Source: the human T2T-CHM13v2.0 reference genome, Homo sapiens. Taken from it: 64,000 nucleotides of DNA. The stretch lies in assembly GCF_009914755.1 (NCBI RefSeq), contig NC_060947.1; one strand, given 5' to 3'. Of the stretch, positions 11,353 to 26,583 are shown one piece after another. The position numbers and the translations under genes were made by a program. Each line of letters starts with the position of its first letter. Within the stretch, counting starts at the first letter, position 1. The notes beneath the pieces are model-generated. The model was not told the origin of the DNA. It made no database searches and was given only the letters and a program-made list of their open reading frames with translations.

Positions 11353-14300
11353 TTCTATGATTTGAATGTTTGTGTCCCCTGTCAATTCATACCTTGAAAC
11401 CTAATCACCAATGTGATGGTAGTAAGAGGTGGGAAGGGATGTGAACTAGATGATGAACAGAAGATTCTCCAGCATCACTCCCTCCACAGAAATACAACAA
11501 GAGACAATTCAAAGACAAGAATACCACCTCACATTTTGCAGAACTCAGGAAAGAAGCAGAGCAACTCCCTGAGCTCACAGAATTGAGAGAAGCCATCATC
11601 AGTAAAAGAAATGGTCATGTCACACTGCACTTTCCCCTGCCCCAAGCCAGCATAATGCCACTCACAGAGAATTTCCCTAGACCTATTGTTTCTTGGGTAA
11701 GAGGAGGGGATGGAAGGAGAGTGTTCAATCTCCCCATGAATCTGGGAGTCTTTGTGGGAAGCTCACTTTGGTTCTATCACACAGAAAAGTATTTGAAGTG
11801 CCAGGAGGGCTGAACCACTGGGATGACTGGGGACAAAAAAAGCAGGGATCTGATTGTAGTGATTAGCATGCAGACATTGGTGGCTACTCTGAGCTCTGAT
11901 AATCAGGAAGACCACATTTAAGCAACTGGCTGGAGCCACAGTGTTTCAGGGAACACAATACTCGAGAAACTTGAATCCCTTGCCAGATTTTACACAAATT
12001 CCAGGTGCTTGTGTGGAGCCTTCCTCTGGCCCCTAACAACTAAAATGTCAGGATTAACTTCCAGTGGGCACTAAAGTATTCTCCACACTGTGAAACAATG
12101 TCAGGGCAGTGAGCTACTTCCAGTTCTGACTCTAAGTCTTCCCCAGAATGGGAAGAAATAATAGGCCAGTATTTAAGTTCCAAAACTAAGTAGTAAAGGT
12201 CTGCCACCACCAAAAAACACCTGCAAAAACTAGAAGAGGTGGTTGTCTTCTTAACTAAGTAGACATTATTGTGAAGATGGAAGAATTGCTAAAACTCAAG
12301 GAAATATGACACCACCAAAGCTCCAACAATGGATCCAAAAAAAATTGAAGATATATGAAATGTCAGACAGGAAATTCAGAATTATTCCCTAAAAGGAGCT
12401 CGGGGAGTCACAAGAAAATATGGATAGAAAACCAAATAAAAAATCTCTTGACACAAATGATAATGGAAACACAACGTACTAAAACCTATGGGATACAGCA
12501 AGAACAATACTAAAAAGGAAGTTTATAGCAACAAGCAACTACATCAAAAAAGTAAAAGAAAATTAAAACAACCTAGTGAGGCATCTTAAATAACTAGAAA
12601 AGAAATACCTAATTGAACCCAAAATTAGTAGAAGAAAAGAAATAATAAATATCAGAACAGAAATAAATGAAATTAAAGAAAACAATACAAAACATCAAAG
12701 AAATGATAAGTTGGCTTTTGGAAAAGATAATCAAAACTGACAGACTTTTTGCCAGACTAAGAAAAAAGAGAAGACTCAAAATCAGAGAAGAAAAAGGAGA
12801 CATTACAGCCAATGCCACATAAATTCAAGGGATTATTAGTGGCTACTATGAGCAACTATATGTCAATAAATTGGAGAATCTAGAAGAAATGAATGAATAC
12901 CTAGATATATGTAGCCTGCCAAGGTTGAACCATGAAGAAATTCAAAACTTGAACAGATCAATAACAACTAATAAAACCAAAGCCTTAATAAAAAGTTTCC
13001 CAATAAAGAAAAGCCCAGGACCCGATGGCTTCACGTTGAATTCTACCAAACATTAAAGAACTAATACCAATCTGACTCGAACTATTCCAAAAAAAACAGA
13101 GAAAGAGGGAATACTTCCAAATTCATTCTGCAAGGCCAGTATTATCCTGAAACCAAGACCAGACAAAGACATATCAAAAAAGAAAAACTATAGGCCAATA
13201 TTTCTGAGGAATATTGATGCAAAAATCTTCAATGAAATACTAGCAAACTGAATTCAACAACACATTAAAGTGATTATTCATTATGACCAAGTGGGATTTA
13301 TCCCATGAATACAATAATGGTTGAAGATAGACAAATAAATCAAGGTGATTCATCATATCAACAGAATGAAGGATAAAAGCCATATGATCACTTATTGATA
13401 CTGAAGAATAATATGATAAAATTCAACATCAAATCCTGAAAACACTCTGTATAAAAGGAATGTACTTCAATAAAAGCCATATATGACAGACCCACAGCTA
13501 GTATCATACTGAATGGGGAAAAATTGAAAGTCTTTACGACCTGGAACATGACAAGGGTGCCCACTTTTATCACTGTTATTCAACATAGTAGTGGAAGTGC
13601 TAACAAGAGCAATCAGACAAGAGAAAGAAACAAACGGTATGAAAATTGGAAAGGAAGAAGTCAAATTATCCTGGTTTGCAGATTATATGATCTTATATTT
13701 GGAAAAACCTAAAGACTCCAGCAAATAACTATTAGAACTAACAAATTCAGTAAAGTTACAGGATACAAACCAACATAGAAAAATCAGTAGCATTTTTATA
13801 TGCCAACAGCAAACAATCTGAAAAAAACATCAGGAAAATAATTCTATATATTATAGCAACAATAAAAAAATATACCTAGGAATAAACAACCAAAGAAGTG
13901 AAAGACCAATACAATGAAAACTATAGCCAAAGCAACACTAAGCAAAAAGAACAAAGCTGGAGGCATCACAATTACCCAACTTTAAAACATACTACAAAGC
14001 TATTGTAACCAAAACAACATGGTACTGGCATAAAAACAGACACATTGACCAATGGAACAGAATAAAGAACCCAGAAATAAATCCACACATTTACAGCAAA
14101 ACTCATTTTCAATAAAGGAACCAAGAACATTGAGTTAAGGATGGTCTTTTTAACAAATGGTGCTGGGGAAACTGTATATTCACATACAGAAGAATAACAC
14201 TAGACCCCTATCTCTCACCATATACAGAAATCAAAGCAAAATGGATTAAAGACTTAATTGGCAGACCAGAAACTATGAACCTAGTATAAAAAAAAAGAAC

Positions 14301-15026
14301 TAAATACTGTTATTTGCAGCAACAAATTGAAGGACATTATATTAAGTGAAATAAGTCAGGCACAGAAAGATAAATATCACATGTTCTCATATATGTGGGA
14401 ACTAAGAAAGTTGGTCCCGTGAAGGTGGAGAGTAGAATGATGGTTACCAGAGTCTGGAAAGTATAGGAGGTATAGGGGTATAAAGAGATTTTGATTAATG
14501 GGTACAAAACTACAGTTAGATAGAAGGAATACATTCTAATATTTGATAGCACAGTAGGGTAAAAATAGAAAATAACAATTTATTGTATATTTCAAAATAG
14601 CAAGAAGAGAAGATTTGAAATGTTTCCAACACAAATGACAAATGTTTGAGTTAATATACTAATTACCCTGATTTGATCATTATACATTGTATACATGTAT
14701 CAAAATATCACAGGTACCACATTAATATGTGCACTTATTATCAGTCATTTTAAAAAGAGAGCTGGGACATTTCGGAGGTGATTAAGTTCATGAGGGCTCT
14801 ACCTCCGTGAATGGGATTAGTACCCTTATAACAGAGGTCCAAGAGATCTACGCAAGGATGCAGCAAAAGGGCACCATCTATGAGGACTAGGCCCTCACTA
14901 AATCAAATGTGCCTGAATTTTAATCTTGGACTTCCTAGTTTCTAGAACTATGAGAAAAAAAGTTTGTTCTTTATAAGCTACCAAGTTTATGCCATTTTGA
15001 TATAGCAGCCTTTACAGACTAAGACA
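11353..15026 (+). mobile_element. MaLR solo LTR (MSTD/MLT1A-like), split: 11353-11434 and 14756-15026
   Basis: ctatgatttgaatgtttgtgtcccc ... gaatgggattagtaccctt ... gactaagaca; 5 bp TSD gtatt at 11348-11352 and 15027-15031. Confidence 0.85.
11435..14755 (+). mobile_element. L1MA4-like LINE-1 with both ends but three internal deletions
   Basis: 5'UTR, ORF1 start, ORF2 RT-region pieces (track ORF 12871: [14 protein letters not shown]...KSPGPDGF) and an L1MA 3'UTR; degenerate TSD aagaggtggga / aagagagctggga. Confidence 0.85.
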
Positions 15027-15089
15027 GTATTCCAAGAGTTTTATCAATTTCTCATGAATTTTATATATCATATTTGATGATAGGATCAA

Positions 15090-15870
15090 ATAATTAAAAC
15101 ACCATCTGACACTCAAGATAACATTTAAAGCTGAGAAAAGTGGCAGATTAGTGCCCTAATATTTAAAAAATTAATTAATTAATTAAAATTGAGAAAGGGA
15201 AAAGGACCTAAATAGAAGCAAAATTTCCAAATTTAACTCAAAGTCATAAAATGTTGATAGTTGTGGACTGTGATGAGGTACATGGGTATATTTAAATACC
15301 CAGAAAAAAACATTCCCAAAACTATTCAGAGATACATTATAAATAAATTTAAAAAATAAATCCAGATGGAATTTCAAAAAATAGACAGTTTAGCAAGAAA
15401 AGAGAAACAAAACCATAGGAAACAAACAGAAATCAAATACCCAAATGGCACACTTAAATGCTATCATATCAATAATTACATTAAGTATAAATAGCATAAA
15501 TACATCAATCTAAAGATAGGGATTGGCAGAAGGATTTAAAAAAAACAACTGTATGCTGTTTATATAAGAAACTCACTTCAAATTATACTATACAGGTAAG
15601 TTAAAAGTAAAGGGATGGAAAAAGACATATTCTAGCCTTAATAAAAAATGGAATAAGAATGGCTATATTTATATATGACAAAGTATACTTCAGAGCAAAT
15701 AAAATTACCAGAGACAAAGAGAGATATTTCATAGTGATAAAAGGATCAATCCATGAGGAAGCTAGAACAATCCTAAATGTGTATGCAACAAAAAGTAAAG
15801 TCTCAAAATACATGAAGCAAACACTGATAAGCTAAAAGAAGAAACACATGAACCCATAATTACAATTGAA
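15090..15870 (+). mobile_element. L1 inter-ORF + ORF2 endonuclease start, inverted relative to flanking L1
   Basis: atatcaataattacattaagtataaatag...gaaactcacttcaaa...aaaggatcaatccatgaggaag (ORF2 N-terminus). Confidence 0.8.
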
Positions 15871-16002
15871 CTTGAATTTTCAGAACTTTAATTGCTGTGT
15901 GTCTTGTCCTGGACTTCTTTGGGTTGATCTTTTCGTGGTTCACTCAGCTTCTTGAATCTGTAGGTTTGTATCTTTTCCAAATTGAGGAAGTTTTCAGCCT
16001 AA

Positions 16003-16869
<867 letters not shown>

Positions 16870-17946
16870 TAGTTCTTTTTTATAACTTTTATTTATTTGT
16901 TCGGATTTCCTAGTTTTCATTTATTTTGAGAGAAACTTTAATTGCTGAACTATTTTCATGACTGATTTATTTCAGTGTTGGCATTTGTTCATAATTTTTC
17001 CTCATTAAGTTGTGATTTCCTTGCTTTTTGATATGATGGGTAATTTTCAACTGTGTCCTAAACATTTTTGTAGTATACTAGCAGAGTCTGAATCCCATTT
17101 AAATTCATCACTTCACCAGACAGTCACTCTTTTTAGATTTTGTGTGCAGGTCCTGGCCTACTTTTGTGGGCTGTCTTCCAATGACAGTTTAATTTTTGGA
17201 GCCTTTGCAGAGTTAGTTTGGTCTACTTACTTTATCTGGTGCTGCTGGAGTTCGTAATGGTTACTGTTGGTGCTGACTGAAGAGGCAGAAGGAGTTTCTT
17301 TAGTCTGGGCTGCCATGTGTTTCTCAGTGGGGATGAGATTCTTAGGCCACAGAAACAAAGTGTCTCTTCTGGCTGGGCGTTTGTTGCAATGGAGTCCCTT
17401 TTGCCGATGCCGCTTTTGCCAACTCAGTGTCTCTGGCCCAGTGAGGGGAATCTCAGGTCTAACAGGACAAAGAAACTTTTAAAATCTGGCCATTTGTTGT
17501 GGCAAGATCTCTTTTGCCAATTCTTCCTTGGTATCTCTCAGTGGGAAAGAGGAACCTTAGTCCTGGTGGGAAAAGATAATATTTCCCTGACTGCTTATTG
17601 TTAACAGGCCTCTCACCAAGCCCCCTTGCAAGTGGTTCTGTGCTCACTTAGTGTTAGAGGGACCCCCCCCCACCACCATTCAATACAGGGCTGCCTTATT
17701 TTCTTAGATTGGAAATTGGAAAATTCTGAGTCTGGATCAAATTCTTCTACTGGATATAGGAATGTAAGATGCCCTGCCACTGTGTTGTTTCTCCAGTCTT
17801 GGGGTCGCAAACTAGTTTTCCTTCTTCTTACCAACTTTCAGAGACCTTTCTTAGTTACTTCTTGCATTATTTCCAGGACTTATAATTGTATTTAATGGGG
17901 GCAAGGAAGAAAAAAATCGATCTATGTGATCTTATCCAGACTGAAG

Positions 17947-18830
17947 TTGATTTTTGACAAAAGTGTAAAAGCAATTCAATGGAGAAACAATTATCTTCTC
18001 CACAATGGTCCATATAGAGCAGGGGTCCCCAACCCCCATGCCATGGACTGGTACCAGTCCATGGCCTGTTAAGAACCTGGCCACACAGCAGGAGGTGAGT
18101 GGCAGGCAAGTGAGCATTACCACCTGAGCTCTGCCTCCTGTCACATCAGCGGTGGCATTAGATTCTCATAGGAGCAAGAACCCTATTGTGAACTGTACAT
18201 GTGAAGGATGTAGGTTGCCTGCTCTTTATTAGAATCTAATGCCTGATGATATGAGGTGGAATCATTTCATCCTGAAACCATCCATCCCCCTACCGCCACA
18301 GTTCATGGAAAAGTTGCCTTCCACAAAACCGGTCCCTGGTACCAAAAAAGGTTGGGGACCACTGATAGAGAGGTGCATTGCAAACAAAACAAAGTAAAAG
18401 AAAACAAAACCTTGACATATAATTCATGCTTTATATGAAAATTAACTCAAACTACAAAATAAATGAGTCTATATTGAATAAGTAATTGAAAATAAATAAA
18501 TGTACTCCCCCATATGATATCATGAGAAGGGCAGTTTATATTTCTAAGATTTTTCCTCCCACACTTGTAATCCTAGTTAATCATGGACTGAACATGAGAC
18601 AAACCCAAATTAAGGGAGAGTTTACAAAATAGCTGACTACTATTCCTTTAAACTCTCAAAGTCAAAAAACTTTTTTTTAAAGACTTTAAAACCATCATAG
18701 ACCAGAAGAGACCAAGGCGACATGACAATGAAACAAAATGTAGAATCCTGGATTGTATCCCATAACAAAAGACACTAATGGAAAAACTGGTGAGATCTAA
18801 ATAACACAGAATTCAGTTTTAAAACTCGTG
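17947..18830 (+). mobile_element. Old L1M (host element, right part): ORF2 piece then L1MC/MD-type 3'UTR
   Basis: ttgatttttgacaaaagtgtaaaagcaattcaatgg is the direct continuation of 8904; 3'UTR motifs gacaaacccaaatt...aatcctggattg...gaaaaactggtgagatc. Confidence 0.7.
18020..18364 (+). mobile_element. MER1B hAT-Charlie MITE
   Basis: TIRs caggggtcccc / ggggaccactg; 8 bp TSD atatagag / atagagag. Confidence 0.92.
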
Positions 18831-19119
18831 AAGGTACTAAATCATAAAATATGTCCCCATATCAGTAACGTGAACCACCACTCATTTAGTCTCAATGAAT
18901 TTTAATTTAATGCTATGAACTTTGTTATTGAATATTTATCAATAAAAACCGAAATGAGTGTTCTCAAATGATTTCATTATATCATTATATTTAGTTATAT
19001 CATAATTAAAAAATACTAAAATTTATATTGCCCGAACTAAGTGGAATATTTTCACTGGCTCCAAAAGAGAATATTCACCTGGCTCTTAGGTTGGTAAGAT
19101 ATCTCTTTTTCCCATTTTT

Positions 19120-19345
19120 TTCTTTCTCTGGGGGTGTTTCTCGTTTTCTTTGAACATACCTCGTTTCTCTATTTCCTGTTGTGTTTTCTCCCTTAGACAC
19201 TCTACTCTGCCTTATAGCCTCATTTTAATTATTAGATGGGTGACTTCCTCTGTAATTACATAAATAGTATAATCTCCAAAGATTTTTCAGCCTCTCATTT
19301 GTTGCTCTGAACCCAGAATCACATTATCAAGGACTGCTGAGCATG
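19120..19345 (+). mobile_element. L2 fragment
   Basis: ctccaaagatttttcagcc...ctctgaacccagaatc resembles L2 internal sequence; degenerate. Confidence 0.45.
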
Positions 19346-20497
19346 AGGGATGTTATTATCTGCAGAGAAAGCAAAGAGAACCTTTGAAATCACATAGTCA
19401 TATACCTTTGCATTCCAGGCACTTAAAAAGAATGCAAATGGCTGTTTGATAAATGGAAAAATAAATTCATCATATGTTTAAATTTATTTGTTAACCACCC
19501 AGTAAAATAACTAGATAGAAAGTCCTGGGAGTAGAGGAAGCCTTTTCCTATTTGCCTATTTTCTTTGTTATATATATATTTTTCTTCTTCTATGAAATAC
19601 ATGGTGAGGTGATTTTGACAAAACACCTCTGTTTCTCAACTATATTATTTAATGTAATACCTGGTAAGCATGTTACATTCTGTGGTTTCCAGACATGTAT
19701 TGCTCTTTAGACACATTCTTGGGGATTAAAGAGTAAAACTTTTTTAAAAACTTGGAAATTTCAATTTAATGGAAATCTAAAAATGTAGAAAGAGACTTAT
19801 TCTTGGTCTGTCTGGTTGACTACTTTATCAAGTACTGCCAAAGAGTACCAGGATCCAAAGTTGTTTATGATCTTATTCACAAGTAAAGGCTGAATATGTT
19901 AGTGCATGCTGCACGAAGGACGTTTTGCAGTGGTTTAAATGGAGAACTGAGTCATCAAATAGCTCTTCGAGTATAAGTCTTATCAAATAAAAGAGATAAA
20001 GAGTCAGTCAATGTATTCAGGACAATGAATTCATTATATAATTATTTTTATATGGAAGAAAGAGAAAAATAGTAAGTAGTAAATTTGCAATAATAGATTT
20101 TTAATTTTTTAATATTGAATGGTGTAGTGCAGTGTTCAACTGATTATATCATGAAAGTAAAGGATTGGTAATTTAAAATTAGATCAGTTTTTAAAGTGAA
20201 AAGTTTCATTAGTAAAAATAGCAAAGAGAAATGATGGCCCATCCTTCTCAATATGAAAACAATCAACTAAACAAAAATAATAAAACATTTTCATCAAAAT
20301 CAGCATAATCAATTTAGTTTTAGGGAAACATCCTTGATTATATTAATATTTTTACTTTTTTTGGTTCTTTATTTAACTTTTAATTCATTCTTGTTTGACA
20401 ATTTTCTATTTAGCTTTATGGCTACAAATATTTTAGGAGCATTTTCAGAAATAAATGAAATCAAAGGTATAACAATGAGTATTAAGATGTTTTAGGA

Positions 20498-20839
20498 CAG
20501 TAGTCCCTAACCTTTTTGGCACCAGGGACTGGTTTTGTGGAAGACAATTTTTCCACAGACCAGGGACGGGGGCCAGGGATGGTTTTGGAATAAAACTGTT
20601 CCACGTAAGATCATCAGGCATTAGATTCTCATAAGGAGGGTGCAACCTAGATCCTTCACATGTGCAGTTCACCATAGGGTTCGCACTCTTAAGAGAATCT
20701 AATGCTACCACTGATCTGACAGGAGGTGGAGCTCAAGCAGTAATGCTCACTCCCCAGCTGCTAACCTCCTGCTGTGTGGCCAGGTTCCTAACAAGCCAGG
20801 GACTGGTACCAGTCCATGGCTAGGGGTTGAGGACCCCTG
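20498..20839 (-). mobile_element. MER1B hAT-Charlie MITE
   Basis: TIRs cagtagtccc / ggacccctg; perfect 8 bp TSD ttttagga at 20490-20497 and 20840-20847. Confidence 0.93.
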
Positions 20840-20859
20840 TTTTAGGACACTAGGGAGAT

Positions 20860-21200
20860 CAATGAGCATAGAGTGTAAATAAGCCCAAGAGTGGCATGAT
20901 CAGTGATTTCAGGTGAAAGATAATGTTCAAAACTGGAAAGAGGAGATCAAATTCAATAGAAAAATGAATAGGGGAGTAGTGACAGGAAATTAATCCATCA
21001 TCATTATACAGAGAGATGTGGAATGTGGAAAGCATAGAGCCAGGGAAGAATGATGCTACAAAAATCTAGATACAAGGTGATGGAGATCTGACCTAGCAAA
21101 ATGACAAAGATAATGGAAAGAGAGACATTTTGAAATAAAATAAAGCATAACATAGAGATGGTACTATAAAGCCACCTGGAATATAAACACGATTATTCTG
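20860..21200 (-). mobile_element. L2 fragment
   Basis: Purine-rich antisense L2 motifs (gatgctacaaaaatctagatacaaggtgatgg...agagacattttgaa). Confidence 0.45.
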
Positions 21201-21479
21201 ATTTGATTGTTGGGTTTCTTCTTTTCCACAGAGTAAAAGATAGTAATCCTGGAGCCATAGTAGGAAATCAAAACTAAAAGACCAGGGATTTCATGCTGAC
21301 TCTGGTATCTACTTATTAGCATTTACATTTTATTTGTAGTCTTAGTTACTTCATCTATAAATAAAATGGTTTAGCTGGAAGGGTGGTTTTCAAATATCAT
21401 CTCCCTCAAGTACTGGAACTTTTTCTTTTAAGACACTTGACACTTTACACAAAGCTTAAAAAATTGAGAAAGATAAAGC

Positions 21480-23020
21480 AGCCCAGCAGTTTCATGAAAA
21501 TTTCTGCATACATCTACCATATGATCCAACCATTCTACTCCTACTGAAATGGGAAAAGTTCCCTTGTCCCCCTTGCAAGGCCTGTGATGGGGGTGTGGCT
21601 CGCTTCTTCGGTGTCCCACTGCTCAAACCTCTAGGGGGAGCATGCAGTCAGGCAGGCTGTGGGGCTCTGACCCCACCGCAATGTCTAGGGGTAAATGTTT
21701 ACAGCTCCTGAGGCCCCAGTGGACATGTGTTGCCGTGTGCTCTTTTAGTTTTGCCGTCTGTAGGCAGCTTGTGTTAGTCAGCTCAATTAGCCCCTCCACC
21801 TTATTGGAAGGACAGAGGACTTTCTGTGTCCTGGGGTTCTTGCCTTGGTGTACTGGAAGAATCGGATCACACATGGGCATCGGATCACACATGGGCATCG
21901 GATCACACACGGGCTTGGAGAATGAGTGCAAGGTTTTTTACTGAGTGGTAGCTCTCAGCGAGGTAGATGGGAAGGCCAGAAGGGGGATGCAGTGGGAAGG
22001 TAGTTTTCCCTGGGAGTTGAGCCGCTCGGCAGCCGGGCTGTCCTCTTACTGCCCCTGCCTGCCAAGCACCACATCATTCTGCAGGTCGATGGTCTGCTGG
22101 CGTCTGCGGATGTCTGTCAGTATGCTCTTCTGTTGGTGTGTTCCTCTCAACATCCAGCCTCTTGTGTGCTTTTCTGCCAGTGTGTTCCTCCGCCAGTGTG
22201 TTCCTCTCAACATCCAGTCACTTGTATGTTCTTCCACCGGTGTGTTCCTCTCCATATCCAGCCACTTGTGTCTCTGCCCTCTAGGGTCTCAGGGTTTCTA
22301 TAGGCACAGGATGGGGTCATGGCGGGCCAGCATGGTCTTTGGAAACGCAACATTTAGGCATGAAAACAGGAGTGTCTGTCCTCACCTGGGTCCATGGGTA
22401 TGGGCCCAAGGGTGGAGCCCTTGCCAGGGACCACAACTTTCTCCTCCCAGCACGTCCCTGCCCTGCTGCCATGCCACTAGGTACTTACTCAAGAGAAATG
22501 GAAGCATATGTCAATACAAAGCCTCTTCAAGAATATTCATAGCTGCTTTATTTATAATAGCCAAAAACTGGAGACAACAAAAATATCCAAAAACGGATAA
22601 ATAGATAAATAATTTGTGGTATGTCCATGCAATGAAATACTATTAACCAATAAAAAGGGATTTGCTACTGATACACACAATATGAGTGACTCTCAAAATA
22701 ACTATGATTAGTGAAAGAAGCCCCCAAAAAAGACATTATATATTGTATGATTCAACTTATAAAACTCTAGAAAATGAAAACTATTTTATAGTGATATAAA
22801 TTAGATCAATGGTCACTTCAGGCTACATGGAGAGACAAGGGGCAGCAGAGGAATTACAAAAGGATGCCAAAAAGTACTTGGAGGTGGTGGATGTATTCAC
22901 TATCTTAATTGTGGTGATGGTTTCAAGGGTGTGTGTATGTCAGCATTTATCAAACTGTACATGTTAAATATGTGCAGTTTGCATGTCAATTATACCTCAA
23001 TAAAGCTGTTTTTGAAAAAA
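21480..23020 (+). mobile_element. L1ME1-like 3' end, interrupted by LTR9
   Basis: accatatgatccaaccattctactcc[LTR]taggtactt...attatacctcaataaagctgtt. Confidence 0.85.
21545..22476 (-). mobile_element. LTR9-family ERV1 solo LTR
   Basis: TG...CA ends and 4 bp TSD ctac/ctag. Antisense reads gggcagggacgtgctggg...ggtgaggacagacac...cctatagaaaccc, matching recalled LTR9. TATA and poly(A) signals appear mutated. Confidence 0.8.
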
Positions 23021-23021
23021 A

Positions 23022-23419
23022 CAAAAAGGCAATCTTGACAGCTGACAGCTAGTAGCTCGTGTAGTTGCTTCCAACTAGGGCATGGTGTTCCTTTGTTGGA
23101 TGTGAGGATTTTACAGAATATCTACATCAGAAAAGGAGTCCTCATGACTGCGATGGAACAAAACAATAGAAAGACAACTCCACACTCCATAATCATGCCC
23201 AAATAGAGATATAAGTGGAAACTTTGGACAATCACAAAATGCCCAAATACCACTTTCTCAGTTAACATGAGTAACAACTGCTTATTCTTCAATGAATACT
23301 CTACCCCATTTTTCCCCTCTGACCTCCTAGATAAAAATTAAGGTAGTCAATCAACAAATTGCCTCAGATTTCTGGACTTGGCTAATTCAAAACAGACTCT
23401 TGCTTCCTGAACTTTCCCA

Positions 23420-23471
<52 letters not shown>

Positions 23472-23638
23472 ACACAAGCCACAATCCTATAGTAAACCTC
23501 CCCACCCGTCAATCATTCTGTCTTTCAGAAAAGCCCCACAATTTCTCCATGGTGTTTAGTCTCCCTTGGCACAGCAATAAGAAACTTAACCTTACTGATT
23601 AGAAGTGATCCTGGTGATCTTTGGGGGTGAGCATAACA
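23022..23638 (+). mobile_element. MER90-like ERV1 LTR
   Basis: gggcatggtgttcctttgttgga...ctccataatcatg...ccatggtg...cctggtgatctttgg...ataaca. Confidence 0.6.
23421..23466. repeat. Pure poly(A)46
   Basis: Counted directly. Confidence 0.97.
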
Positions 23639-24148
23639 AAGAAAAAACTTTGAAAGTAGAGTTCTCTGAAATGCAGGACATTGGGAACCTCTCTCTCATG
23701 TTCCCCATTCCCCCAGGCCCTTAGAAGCCTTTTGGAAATCATTGCGGTAAATGATCTCTAAAGACTACTAAAATCCGTATTTTGATGGTGTTGATGATAC
23801 TAATATCAATTCCTAGAAACAATGATGGCCTTTAGTAAACTTTTTGAGACAGTCTCTTGAAACAACCAAAATTTATATTTTAACATTAGTATTGTATCTG
23901 AGAATGGTGATCAACACTGTTAACATAGAGACTTATTATTTGTACGGAAAAGTCATTTTGATGTCTCTTTAAATGTTTATTATTAAATTGCCCTCTACAC
24001 TTGGTCTGTGGCATTGGGGAGAAGAGCTCCATTTTTGCTGACTTAAAAGAGATTGATCCATGAATGTGCTTTCTTTAGCTTCCTGCTGATAAATACTCTT
24101 CTTCTGCTATTTTCCTGAGTTATTTTTGTCCCTGGATTCTCATCTTGA

Positions 24149-24841
<693 letters not shown>

Positions 24842-25199
24842 AATTCTTTGCTTTTAGGACAAGCGCTGGGGGGCAGAAGTAACAGAGCAGAAGAAATAAA
24901 CCATCTTTCTATATCATATTCATGCACACAAGCATGGCAGTTTTGGTGGCACTGCCTATATTTGGCACTGGGGCCCAGTTGGGGTGAGATGGATGGGGAG
25001 CAAAGTCCGAAGTTTGGCAATGGAGGCAGGGAGTCCAGGAAATAAGGAAAGTTTGAGCCTCACATACAGCCAGAAACTTTCTAAAGAATTTGCTCTTCCA
25101 TACTTCTTAAATCTTTTTATAGATCTTCCACACTTGTCTCATTGAAAATCTAGAAAACTCCAGGAAGGTGAGTAAGACTGGTAAAACTATAAAATGTGA

Positions 25200-25452
25200 A
25201 TATAGTTAGCACCCAGGGCCCTGTAGTCAGAAGGCCAAGATTCTTACCTTAGCAAAGCCACTAGCGAGCTATACTAACTTTGGACAATTTACAAAATCTC
25301 TCTAAGCCTTAAGTCCTTTTCTGAAAAATAGTACCTACTTCAAATGATACCTGTGAGGATTACATAAGATAATGGATGAAAAGCTCTCGGCATAGGACCT
25401 GACACCTTGTAGGCATTGTACAAAGATTATCTAGTACTACTACTGCTGCTAC
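25200..25452 (+). mobile_element. MIR
   Basis: ctttggacaatttac...ctctctaagcct...gtgaggattacataagataat...cctgacac. Confidence 0.7.
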
Positions 25453-26168
25453 TGTTCACTAAAAGGAACTGTAATTATATTCCAGTACTGATCATTATTT
25501 TTATTAATATCAAATAAGTAATATACATAGATTAAAAAGTGAAATAGTACTAAAAACTTATAAACAGCAGGCTCACTACCTTCTGCCATATTCTGTGATT
25601 GTCTCTCCCCAGAAGAAGCAACTCAATTCTTCTAGCTACTTTTTAGTATTTATTTCCATATTTCTAAATAACATACTATGCTGCTATTTATTTTTTTTCC
25701 ATTTTTGCACATCATATAGTAATTCCTTGTGATAAAAACTCAGCACTTTGCATTCTGACATTACTCCACAATTAACTTCCCCTTCTGTGCCTGTTTCCAT
25801 TCTTCTAATATACTTATAGCATATTTTTAATAAATACTCTGAGTCTATATTATCATGATTACATATGCATTATTCAGAGTTAAGCCACTTGTATACAATA
25901 ATTACATTTCTTTTCTTGTATACCTTTTTTTTCTGGAAATTAATGTAATTACATTTGTTCAATTGCTTAGTTTTCTATTTACCTATCAATAATTCCACAC
26001 TCACCAATAAAACTATGAAATTCCTCAGTTTGGTCAAATATATCAGTTTATTTAAGGGAATAGTGGGAAGAAATATTCACTTGAAGACCTGTCTTCCTGA
26101 TTAAATCTTGATTATGTGCTTTTCAGGTATGCTGTATTACTATAGTCTTCTGTTTCAATTAAAAAAAA

Positions 26169-26583
<415 letters not shown>

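Noticed and set aside
18040-18065. 26 bp perfect palindrome gccatggactggtaccagtccatggc
   Set aside because: The MER1B consensus is already palindromic here
18020-20839. Two inverted MER1B copies resembling a composite transposon
   Set aside because: Each has its own distinct 8 bp TSD, so they are independent insertions; no transposase lies between them
21945-22604. 219 aa ORF, longest in the track
   Set aside because: Antisense to LTR9 internal repeats running into L1; GTG start, no domain
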